A stretch of 64,000 nt of DNA from a virus. Lineage: Duplodnaviria; Caudoviricetes. Location: the IMG/VR virus record IMGVR_UViG_3300042988_001200, one strand, 5' to 3'. The stretch's first letter is position 1. Each line of letters begins with the position of its first letter. Under the pieces are notes generated by a model, which saw only the letters and a list, made by a program, of their open reading frames with translations, had not been told where the DNA came from and searched no databases. The position numbers were made by a program, and so were the translations under genes. Positions 9,398-18,074 of the stretch are shown in pieces.

Positions 9398-9415
9398 CTC
9401 TAATCTCTAATAAAT

Positions 9416-9450
9416 ATATATATTACTAATTACCTGTTAGTAATATATAT
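9416..9450 (+). terminator. 14-bp perfect stem-loop between capsid and next gene
   Basis: ATATATATTACTAA (9416-9429) / TTAGTAATATATAT (9437-9450); no U-tract, so could be a stabiliser or attenuator. Confidence 0.5.
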
Positions 9451-9483
9451 ACTATTAATAAATAATATCTATTAATAAAGTAT

Positions 9484-10989
9484 ATGCCATCACTTTCAAC
9501 TGGTTTAATCAATAATTCACAGGTTCTAGTAGGAGCAAGAACCTTAGCTGCATCAAGTCCTTATATTCCAGGTGCAGTATTACAAGCTCCTAGAGTAGTG
9601 TTACATGACCCTATTACTCTTGCAGCAGCAATGGCCTCTGCTACTGCTTGGAATGCTTCTACTACCACTTCAGCTACCCCTAATATCATCTCCTTTGTAG
9701 GAGGTTCTATTGAGTTTGGTGGAATGGTCTTTCCATTAGATACTGGTCCTGCCACTGGTTCTAATAAAGTAGGTAATGTATCTATTGACTTAGATTATCT
9801 ATATAGTCAACTATGTATTAAAAATACAGTCTGTCCAGAGTATATTATAGCTGCTGTACCTAGATATGATGAGGCTATGACTGAGCAAGAGGCTAGAGCT
9901 AGAGGTTTATCCTTTTATCTATCCTTAGCTTCTACTGGCGAGTTTGTAGCTCGTAGAGTTATTAATGAGGCTTGTATGGGTACATATTGTGGAGCAGGGG
10001 GTATTGAAGGTCTATACATGAAATACATCAATGGGTGTGCTGATTGTGATGAGATTAGTGTATTATTTGATTGTCTTAATGATACTTGTTCTAAGGGTAT
10101 GTGTATTAAAGGAGTAGCTTTTATCCTAGCTGAATCATGCCCAGCTAGTAACTGCTGCTCCTCTAGTGCTAACTACACTAAATGTGAACTAGAACAGATT
10201 CTAGCTACTCTACCCTCTGTACAGAGTGTAAGACTCTTTCCAAGAGTAGGGGCCTTTGGTACTGATATTGGTGTTACTACAGCAGGTATGTACACTCTTA
10301 ATGAGTTTTTTGGTACTGTAGCTACCCCCACCCCATTCCCTGACGATACTACTGGTACAGCCGGGTCTAATAGTTCATTCTTAGGTTCACCTTCTATTGG
10401 TTCAGATTTTGGAGAAGAGAATGGTCCTGGTTCTCAGTTATATAGACTACAATCTATATCCTTTTTTAAGGATGAGGCAGCAGTAAATAGCTGTGACTCC
10501 CCTGTAGTAATTCAGAGTCCTTCCTCTATGGCTCAAGTTAATGCTACTATTGATAGATTAACCTTTGTAGACCCTAACACTAATCCTTGTGTAGTTAATT
10601 GTGGCTATGGATGGGATGCTAATGAAATTAGGATTGTAGCTAGAGAGTATGATTTATCCTGCTGCAACTTTGACCCCACTAATCAAGGACACTATCCTAA
10701 GATTAGTAGGTATATTACTAAGAGAGATGCTATTGGGGCTCCTTGGTTAGGTCGAGTTAATCCAGCCTATAGTGAAGATAGTCAAATTTCTCTTAGACTA
10801 CCTAATGTCTCTAGTGGTGGGGGTGCTTTACATTACTATGCTAATCCTATTGGGATTATGAAATTCTCTATTAGATCCTTAACTGCACCAGTAGCCCCTA
10901 ATACTGCTGTTACAGATCCTAATCCTAACGTCATAATTGATCCAGCTAGTGTAGTATTAATGCCTACCTTCTTTTTAGGTAATGGTTAA
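9484..10989 (+). CDS. Cys-rich virion protein, probable head decoration/cement
   Basis: Follows capsid gene; structural-gene codon style; 18 Cys in 501 aa. Confidence 0.5.
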   Translation: MPSLSTGLINNSQVLVGARTLAASSPYIPGAVLQAPRVVLHDPITLAAAMASATAWNASTTTSATPNIISFVGGSIEFGGMVFPLDTGPATGSNKVGNVSIDLDYLYSQLCIKNTVCPEYIIAAVPRYDEAMTEQEARARGLSFYLSLASTGEFVARRVINEACMGTYCGAGGIEGLYMKYINGCADCDEISVLFDCLNDTCSKGMCIKGVAFILAESCPASNCCSSSANYTKCELEQILATLPSVQSVRLFPRVGAFGTDIGVTTAGMYTLNEFFGTVATPTPFPDDTTGTAGSNSSFLGSPSIGSDFGEENGPGSQLYRLQSISFFKDEAAVNSCDSPVVIQSPSSMAQVNATIDRLTFVDPNTNPCVVNCGYGWDANEIRIVAREYDLSCCNFDPTNQGHYPKISRYITKRDAIGAPWLGRVNPAYSEDSQISLRLPNVSSGGGALHYYANPIGIMKFSIRSLTAPVAPNTAVTDPNPNVIIDPASVVLMPTFFLGNG

Positions 10990-11024
10990 TAATCCCCTTA
11001 CTTTATCTGTATAATTAGTATTAA

Positions 11025-11060
11025 GCTATGTAAGATATAAGAGTTCTTACATAGCATTTT
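11025..11060 (+). terminator. Rho-independent terminator
   Basis: GCTATGTAAG / CTTACATAGC 10-bp inverted repeat followed by ATTTT. Confidence 0.7.
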
Positions 11061-11083
11061 AATATTAAATCTTTTAATTAATT

Positions 11084-11701
11084 ATGATAAGTATTATTAG
11101 TAAAGCTACATTTAAATATGTTTTTAATGGTGTATCCTATTGGGTACATTCTGGAGAGGTTATTAATATAGACCCTAGAATTCCAGAGAAGAGAGAATTA
11201 CTTAAGTATTTTCTATCTAAGGACTTTGAATCTCTTAGGAAGTTCTTTTATATTGATTTAAATGAGGCTAAGAAGTATTTAACTCAAGAGGAGATAGAGG
11301 ATTTCTCTAAAGATAAAGATAGTTTATATTTAGAGGTTCCTTCTAGTTTCTATCAACCTATACAAGAAGCCTTACCTAATTCCTTTATTAAAGAAGTAGA
11401 AGAGGTTAAATCTGAACCTAAGAAAGAGATTAAGGCTTCTTCTTTAGATTCTATTAAACTTGTAGAAGATAAAAAAGAGTTTGTAGAGATTCATAGTTCT
11501 ATTCCAGAACTAGATTCATTACATAAAGAAGAAAAGGAAAAGGAGGATAGTAGAAGGGAGGAACTAGAGAATAGTCATTGGAATAAGATTAAGAATATAG
11601 CTGAAGAAATGGGCTTACAGTATTCAAATAAACCTGAGACTATTAAGAAGATACTTGAAAAAGAGTTTAATAGAACAGAAGACTCTTTAGATTTTATCTA
11701 A
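11084..11701 (+). CDS. Hypothetical virion protein; N-terminal domain shared with fibres, C-terminal HeH/Rho-N-like helical motif
   Basis: N-terminus aligns with 43749 and 46098 proteins; C-terminal 'WNKIKNIAEEMGL..NKPETIKKIL'. Confidence 0.5.
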   Translation: MISIISKATFKYVFNGVSYWVHSGEVINIDPRIPEKRELLKYFLSKDFESLRKFFYIDLNEAKKYLTQEEIEDFSKDKDSLYLEVPSSFYQPIQEALPNSFIKEVEEVKSEPKKEIKASSLDSIKLVEDKKEFVEIHSSIPELDSLHKEEKEKEDSRREELENSHWNKIKNIAEEMGLQYSNKPETIKKILEKEFNRTEDSLDFI

Positions 11702-11764
11702 TATTTAGACTCATTAGTTTATCTATTGGAGATATCCTTTATCTCCAATTTATTAATTATATTT

Positions 11765-13429
11765 ATGAAAGTAAATACTAGCCCAGAGATTTTATCAATA
11801 ATTGACTCTCCAATATTTTATGAAAGGGTAAGACAATACTCACTTATTATTAATGAATCAATTAGTAATATAACAATAAGAGATATAACTGTTAATGAAT
11901 CAATACCAAGAATAGTATTTAGATTAGCTTTTGCTAAGGATAAACAGGGTTATCCAGTGTTTAAAGGTATAAGTTCTAATACAGAGAATCTGGAGTTTAT
12001 TATCTATTCTTTATTAACATCTTCTATATTTATAGATAACTTTATTAGATTAGCCTCTTGTTATACAGCCTCTAAATTAATAAGGTCTATACCTTTAAAC
12101 GGGGACCTTAAACTATTAGATGTTGCTAATAGGATAGAACAGGAAGCAAATGAAGAGATTAATCTAGTTATAGGGGTTCTATCAGAGGATTCAGCTAAGT
12201 ATATTAATGAGAGTTTACTACAGTTATCTAATAGAGAGGGTAAGCTATCTTTATCTTCTACACCAGCTTTCTATATATCTCAAGAGATTAATTATCTAAC
12301 TATTCCCTCCAATGCCTTTGATTTAGTAAAAGAGGATATAGCTAGGATTAATAATGTTAAGACTTATCCTTCTATTTCCATACCCCCTGGCTATAATGGT
12401 TATTGTTTATTTACTCTAACTTCTAATAAAGAGTCTAAGTTATATGAGGAGTTAGTGGAACTAGAGGATAAAGAGGATATAGATTCAATAGTATATAAAC
12501 TAGGAACTTTATTTAATCAAGCCTATAAGAATCTAAACTCTAATCTTCTATGTACTACTAATATAGATAATATTAAGAGTGTTGAACTTAAGTATTTAAA
12601 ACAAGAACTTTATCCTAATTCAATAACAAATAATGAGAAACAACTAGTCTTTGTTTTATCTACTAAAGTTCACTTTCTTAACTTTACAGCTAGGGAACTA
12701 TCCTCTTTTATTAATAGAGAGTTTATAAGTATTCTATTCTTCCTATGTCCTATCACTATTCAAGACCCTTTATCTAATAGGTCTAAATGGTTAAGAGGGG
12801 TTCCTGGGATTATAGCTGGTATTAATCCAGACTATAAATCCTTATCTAACAAGGGACCTCATTCTCTATTTATTGATGTAGAGAAGGGTTCGGTTATTCC
12901 CTCTGCTACAGATACAGAGGATGAAGTTAACACTTTCTATTTCTCAAATACTCAACCTATAAGTGGAACTATAACAATTAGAGCTTCTAGTGCTCCCTTT
13001 TCTAATAACATATCCTCCTGGAATCTTACATTTAATGGGGCTAATAGTGAACAAATAGCTTATGAAATCCTTAATTCAATCTATGAAAGAAGAGATAATA
13101 ATGAGTTAATAGGTTCTTTACCTTATAGTAATGCCATATCAATTGTCCCCTTTGTATTAACAAATGAGGAGGTTCGGATAGTAATAGATATATTTAATCC
13201 AATAGAAGAATTACTTATTGGTACAGGTAGTAGTAAGAAGATATTAACTTCATATAAGAAAGGTAATAGGTCTATAACAGTAAAGAGTCAGTTAGATTAT
13301 GTTAATTATGCAAGAAATACTAAAGAGGAGGATAAACCCTATAGTGTTGGATTATCAATAAAAGCTAATGAATCAAATCTTATGGTTAAAGCAAATCAAA
13401 GAATTAAATATATAGAAAGAAGATGTTAG
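11765..13429 (+). CDS. Probable head-tail connector/neck protein
   Basis: Position between head and sheath genes. Start moved from 11726 (TTG) to the TATG start at 11765. Confidence 0.4.
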   Translation: MKVNTSPEILSIIDSPIFYERVRQYSLIINESISNITIRDITVNESIPRIVFRLAFAKDKQGYPVFKGISSNTENLEFIIYSLLTSSIFIDNFIRLASCYTASKLIRSIPLNGDLKLLDVANRIEQEANEEINLVIGVLSEDSAKYINESLLQLSNREGKLSLSSTPAFYISQEINYLTIPSNAFDLVKEDIARINNVKTYPSISIPPGYNGYCLFTLTSNKESKLYEELVELEDKEDIDSIVYKLGTLFNQAYKNLNSNLLCTTNIDNIKSVELKYLKQELYPNSITNNEKQLVFVLSTKVHFLNFTARELSSFINREFISILFFLCPITIQDPLSNRSKWLRGVPGIIAGINPDYKSLSNKGPHSLFIDVEKGSVIPSATDTEDEVNTFYFSNTQPISGTITIRASSAPFSNNISSWNLTFNGANSEQIAYEILNSIYERRDNNELIGSLPYSNAISIVPFVLTNEEVRIVIDIFNPIEELLIGTGSSKKILTSYKKGNRSITVKSQLDYVNYARNTKEEDKPYSVGLSIKANESNLMVKANQRIKYIERRC

Positions 13430-14160
13430 ATTCTTATCCAATAACTACAGCAGTACCTTCCTTACCTTTCTTATGTAGATATATATTCAGACTATTATCT
13501 ACACATCCCCTAATAATAAATCCACCTATATATCACCCTGTAACAGGAGAAAGAGTTTATATAAAGGGATATAAGTTATTTAATGGTATAGAGACTAATC
13601 TAGGTTTATATTGTTCTATATTTCCTCACTCTACTCCTACTGATGGTATAAGTCTACCTAAACCAGCAGATACATCTACTTCTGTTCTATTTGAGCCCCA
13701 AGGTAATGGGTATGATTTAGCAGTATACCATATAGCTCTTAAACTTCACTATAATTTTTCTATATTAGGTAATAAGGAGACTAATAATGACCTTATAGCT
13801 GTACCCTTAGATGCTGCTATACACCCATCTCAGACTCCATATGCTAGAGAGGGGTCTAGAGAGTTAGAACTATACTACAGTCCAAGTCTATACATTATTG
13901 GTGAGTATTTAGAGTTAATACGATTAGCTATTTTAGATAAAGAACATACATTTTCTATGCCATCTGTTTTTAGAACATCAGATATACCAAGAAATATACA
14001 GGTTCTTTATTTTAATTTAAAGACTCCACCTTGGGAGAAGGATAAGGCTTTATATTTCCATGAAGGAGAAATACTTATTCGTATTGATTCAATCCTATCT
14101 AAAGAATGGAAGAGTCAATTTGAAGTTCCCACTGCTTCCTTCCAAGTCTCCGTTTTATAA
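13423..14160 (+). CDS. Probable tail completion/terminator protein
   Basis: Immediately upstream of sheath; size and beta-rich pattern fit. Confidence 0.4.
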   Translation: MLDSYPITTAVPSLPFLCRYIFRLLSTHPLIINPPIYHPVTGERVYIKGYKLFNGIETNLGLYCSIFPHSTPTDGISLPKPADTSTSVLFEPQGNGYDLAVYHIALKLHYNFSILGNKETNNDLIAVPLDAAIHPSQTPYAREGSRELELYYSPSLYIIGEYLELIRLAILDKEHTFSMPSVFRTSDIPRNIQVLYFNLKTPPWEKDKALYFHEGEILIRIDSILSKEWKSQFEVPTASFQVSVL

Positions 14161-14179
14161 TCTTTATTTAATATTATTT

Positions 14180-17161
14180 ATGTCCATTCCATATATTAAA
14201 TTCCATGAAGTAAATGATAGTACCTCACCTATATCTCCTAATGCTAGAAATAGAATTCTTATAGCTGGAGAGTTCTCTAGAGGACCAGCTAATGAGGTAA
14301 GGTTTATAGCTAACTATAAGGACTTCTCTGATAGATATGGTTCTGATAATGCTATAGGTTCAACAGCCTTCCAAGCTGCATGGGACCAAGGGGCTAGAGA
14401 CTTTGCTCTATTAAGAGTTCTAGGAGCAGGTTCTCCAGCTAAGGGTTATATAGACTTTAATGGTTATGCCTCTAAGTCTAATGATATGGTTCTAGCTATG
14501 AGATTTATAGGGGACCCTGTTATTAGAAGTCTTAGAAAGATACCTACCTCTATTACTACAACTGGTAACTATGTAGGCTCTGTCTCTGGTAGATACTGGT
14601 TTAGAGTTGATGAGAAAGATGATAAAGGTTATTACAATGTAAAATACGTATTTGTACCTATTGGGATAGAGGGTTATATAAACTGGTATCCACAGAGTAG
14701 AACAGACAAGAATTGGAGTGTAGACCCAACCTTTCCCTTTTCAACTATAGGTGCAGCTTTAATTCAAGAGACATCTAATCTATCCTCTATATCATCTTCT
14801 CTTCTACAGTTAGTAGGAGCTGAGCCTATAGTGTTCTCTAACACTTGCTTAGATTTAGTACAACCAGGAATGACTTGTGGACAGGCTCAGGTTAATGGTT
14901 GGAAAGTTGTTATTGAAGTAGGGGATATGAGGTGGATATGGCATACTGATAGTGCAGGAGCTACTAAGTTACTAGATAAGAATAACTCTGGATATACAGG
15001 TAATATCCCTGTTATAGTTCCAGGTACTAATGGTGTTGCTTCCTTTAACACTATGGATGGAGTCACCCTAACCTCTACCCAAACAGGACAGGATATACCT
15101 GCCTCTGGTCTATTTGCTAATTCTACTACTGCTGGAGCTATTAACCCATATATCATTCCAGTTACTGAATCCTTTATATTCCATGAAGAGGATACTGGGG
15201 CTCCTATATCTGTGGATAATGGGGTGTTTGTTAGATTTGATAATGCTTCTACACAACAGTCTATTCAATTAATGAATGGGGATATGTGGACTGTTAGAGT
15301 TAACTTTGATAAGTTTGATATTCCTATTTATGATGGAGCAACCCCATCTCAAGTTGTTACTTCCATAATGGAGGTTACTCAAGGTAGAGAGCCTATTGGG
15401 TTAGTAGAGAGAAATGAACTAGATAATGGTCTTATATTTGGTTTAGATGAGACTTTCTTTAATGGTTCTATAGGTAATAACTATTCATATTATGTAGAAC
15501 TAGCTGAACCAGATGGAGAGGTAATCACCCAAGCCTCCTTCTATAGTGGTGAGTTATATATTCAAGTTCCTATCAGATATGGCATATATATCAAACCAGG
15601 GGCTGTTGTTTCTTTAGTAGAGAGTGGGGGTATCTATGGGGTAGTTAATGTCTCTAACCCTTTTGACCCTAATGCTAATAAACCTATTAGTAGAAACATC
15701 CTTAGTCCTAATACTAGAGTTACTAAGGTAGATGCTCCTATCTATGGTGGGGGTCTAGCTACTATATGGTTAGATAAACCCGTGATATCAGACTTTGATA
15801 GTATAGGTCTATTCCATTTTGCTAATCCTAATGGTCTATCTATCTCTACCTATACTAGCTATATGGCTAAGTTTATGCAAGGTGGACAGAATGGTCCTAC
15901 TAGAGCTTCTAGAGACTTATATACAATGGAGGGACTTCCCCTTGTATCTCTATTTGCTATATCAGAGGGAGCGTGGGGTAATAACTTAAGAATCTCTTTA
16001 TATCCCTTTGATAACAAGTCTTTTAGATTAATGATAGTAGACCTTAATAAGAATAACTTTGACCCTCCTTTAGCAGATGAGATGTTTAATGTCTCATTCG
16101 ATAGGATAGATGAGCAGGGTGGACTTATAGACCTTTCTACATCTAAGTTTATAAGAGGGGTATTTCTACCTAAGTATATTAACAGAAACTTTAATGTTTC
16201 ATTATTAAGAAAGAGTCCTATGAGGTTAGCTGCACCTGATGATACAGCTACTGACCCTTCAGACTTTGCACATCCTGAGATGTTTGGTCCTAGAGTTCTA
16301 TCTACTATTACTCTTGAAGGAGGCTTTGATGGTCCCCCACCTACTGATGCTGACTATATAAGAGCTATAGATTTATCTAAATCTAGTCCTGTTAATATGC
16401 TAGTTCTACCAGGTATATATAGTCCTGTAGTTAAACAAAGGATGATAGCTGCTGCTAATGGTGCTGATGAGTTTGAAGGTCTACGTATAGCTATACTTAA
16501 TGCTCCTCCTAGATTAACTCCAGAAGCAGCTAGAGTAGAATCTATAGGTTATGACTCTAAGAGAGCAGTTCTATTAGCTGGATGGTCTACTTATGGTGGA
16601 GCTCTTAATGCTCAGAGATATGGCCTATCTCCAGATGCTCCCTATGCTGGGAAATTAGCTTCTATACCTATTTATGTAGGACCCCATGCTCGTTCTAGTA
16701 GTGGACCTGTATTTGGATTAGCTGAGGTAGATACTCAACCATACACTTCTAAAGCTCAATTAGAGATGTACCATGATGCAAGGATGGAGGTTATTATGTT
16801 AGACCCCATATCCCTATCCTTTAACTTCCTTAATGGTAGAACTACTAGTATGCTAGCTGCATGGGAGAAGGTCTCTTTTACTAGAGTAGTAGATATGATT
16901 CGTATGGACCTAGCTAGAAGTCTTAATCAATATAAGAGTGAACCTAACACTCCTAGATTAAGACAGAGGATAGCTTCTTCTATTGATGCTTATCTAGGAA
17001 CTCTATTTAGAAATGGGGTTATAGCTCTATCTACTACAGCTAGTGTTAATGCTAATCCTCAGAATCCAGCAGGTATACAAATTAGCTTCTCTGTCGTACC
17101 TGTGTACTCAGCGGATTATATAGATGTTTATATTAGTAGAGCTGATTTAGGAGTTTCATAA
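14180..17161 (+). CDS. Contractile tail sheath protein
   Basis: 'IAGEFSRGP..EVRFI...DFSDRYG' N-terminus; C-terminal 'RVVDMIRMDLARSLNQYKSEPNT..LRQRI...YL'. Start likely 14180 (MSIPYIKF), not 14060. Confidence 0.93.
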   Translation: MSIPYIKFHEVNDSTSPISPNARNRILIAGEFSRGPANEVRFIANYKDFSDRYGSDNAIGSTAFQAAWDQGARDFALLRVLGAGSPAKGYIDFNGYASKSNDMVLAMRFIGDPVIRSLRKIPTSITTTGNYVGSVSGRYWFRVDEKDDKGYYNVKYVFVPIGIEGYINWYPQSRTDKNWSVDPTFPFSTIGAALIQETSNLSSISSSLLQLVGAEPIVFSNTCLDLVQPGMTCGQAQVNGWKVVIEVGDMRWIWHTDSAGATKLLDKNNSGYTGNIPVIVPGTNGVASFNTMDGVTLTSTQTGQDIPASGLFANSTTAGAINPYIIPVTESFIFHEEDTGAPISVDNGVFVRFDNASTQQSIQLMNGDMWTVRVNFDKFDIPIYDGATPSQVVTSIMEVTQGREPIGLVERNELDNGLIFGLDETFFNGSIGNNYSYYVELAEPDGEVITQASFYSGELYIQVPIRYGIYIKPGAVVSLVESGGIYGVVNVSNPFDPNANKPISRNILSPNTRVTKVDAPIYGGGLATIWLDKPVISDFDSIGLFHFANPNGLSISTYTSYMAKFMQGGQNGPTRASRDLYTMEGLPLVSLFAISEGAWGNNLRISLYPFDNKSFRLMIVDLNKNNFDPPLADEMFNVSFDRIDEQGGLIDLSTSKFIRGVFLPKYINRNFNVSLLRKSPMRLAAPDDTATDPSDFAHPEMFGPRVLSTITLEGGFDGPPPTDADYIRAIDLSKSSPVNMLVLPGIYSPVVKQRMIAAANGADEFEGLRIAILNAPPRLTPEAARVESIGYDSKRAVLLAGWSTYGGALNAQRYGLSPDAPYAGKLASIPIYVGPHARSSSGPVFGLAEVDTQPYTSKAQLEMYHDARMEVIMLDPISLSFNFLNGRTTSMLAAWEKVSFTRVVDMIRMDLARSLNQYKSEPNTPRLRQRIASSIDAYLGTLFRNGVIALSTTASVNANPQNPAGIQISFSVVPVYSADYIDVYISRADLGVS

Positions 17162-17193
17162 TTGATTATACTTATTCACATTCATAAATTTAT

Positions 17194-18009
17194 ATGGCTT
17201 GGAAAGATACTTATTCACAATATACAGATTCACTTTATTGCTCTCCAGTTAATAATACGGGTCTAGACCCATTACAGGGCTTTGACTTCTTTGTATGGGT
17301 ACAGGATGTATGTACTGGTAAAGTAGCATGGTTTGGTCTATTTCAATCTCTTACATTAAGTATTAGAGATGCTACAGAGACATATCTAGAGTTGGGTCAG
17401 AGATTACCCATTCACCTTAATGGTGAAATTCAGATAGCCTGGGTATTAGAACAAGGTCTAGTAGATATGAACTTTGTAGAAAGAGCCTTTGGTACTAGTT
17501 GTCTTAGAAGAGACATGTATATTACCAGAGGTCCTAGATTTCAAATATCCTTTGATGCCAATGCTCAAGAATTAGAGAACTTTAATACAGGAAATGTGGT
17601 TGGTAAATTAGATAGAGGAAATACAGGGGGTCAAGGAACAGGTGGTACAGGATTAATTTCTAGACAAGGCTCAGATGAATACTTTAGTTTTCCAGAGGCT
17701 GCCTATGCTACTAGAAATGGGGGACCTGATGCTGGTAAGAAAGGTCCTACAGCGGTAGGTAGATATGATGTACTTAGATGTAAACTAGATTCTATATCCA
17801 TTGGTATTATGCCCGGAAGAAGAGTAGTAGCTGTTAGATGGGAAGGTGTAGCTGAAGGTATATGCTTTGTACCAACTAGTGTTCAGACATTTAAAACTGA
17901 TAGAGCCAGATTGGGTAATGCTTCTTCTGGTAACTTTGTTAATGGTATTGACTTTGCTAATGGAGCTCCTGGGGCTCTTACTACTATGACTGCTGGAGCA
18001 AGTCAATAA
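17194..18009 (+). CDS. Tail tube protein
   Basis: Directly after sheath; 'DPLQGFDFFVWV..FQSLTLSIRDATETYLELG' tube-like pattern. Confidence 0.8.
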   Translation: MAWKDTYSQYTDSLYCSPVNNTGLDPLQGFDFFVWVQDVCTGKVAWFGLFQSLTLSIRDATETYLELGQRLPIHLNGEIQIAWVLEQGLVDMNFVERAFGTSCLRRDMYITRGPRFQISFDANAQELENFNTGNVVGKLDRGNTGGQGTGGTGLISRQGSDEYFSFPEAAYATRNGGPDAGKKGPTAVGRYDVLRCKLDSISIGIMPGRRVVAVRWEGVAEGICFVPTSVQTFKTDRARLGNASSGNFVNGIDFANGAPGALTTMTAGASQ

Positions 18010-18026
18010 CCCCAACCTATTAATTT

Positions 18027-18068
18027 AAAAAGCTATCTTATCTATTAGAATAAATAAGATAGCTTTTT
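18027..18068. terminator. Bidirectional Rho-independent terminator
   Basis: AAAAAGCTATCTTAT / ATAAGATAGCTTTTT 15-bp perfect inverted repeat after tube gene. Confidence 0.8.
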
Positions 18069-18074
18069 ATTTAT

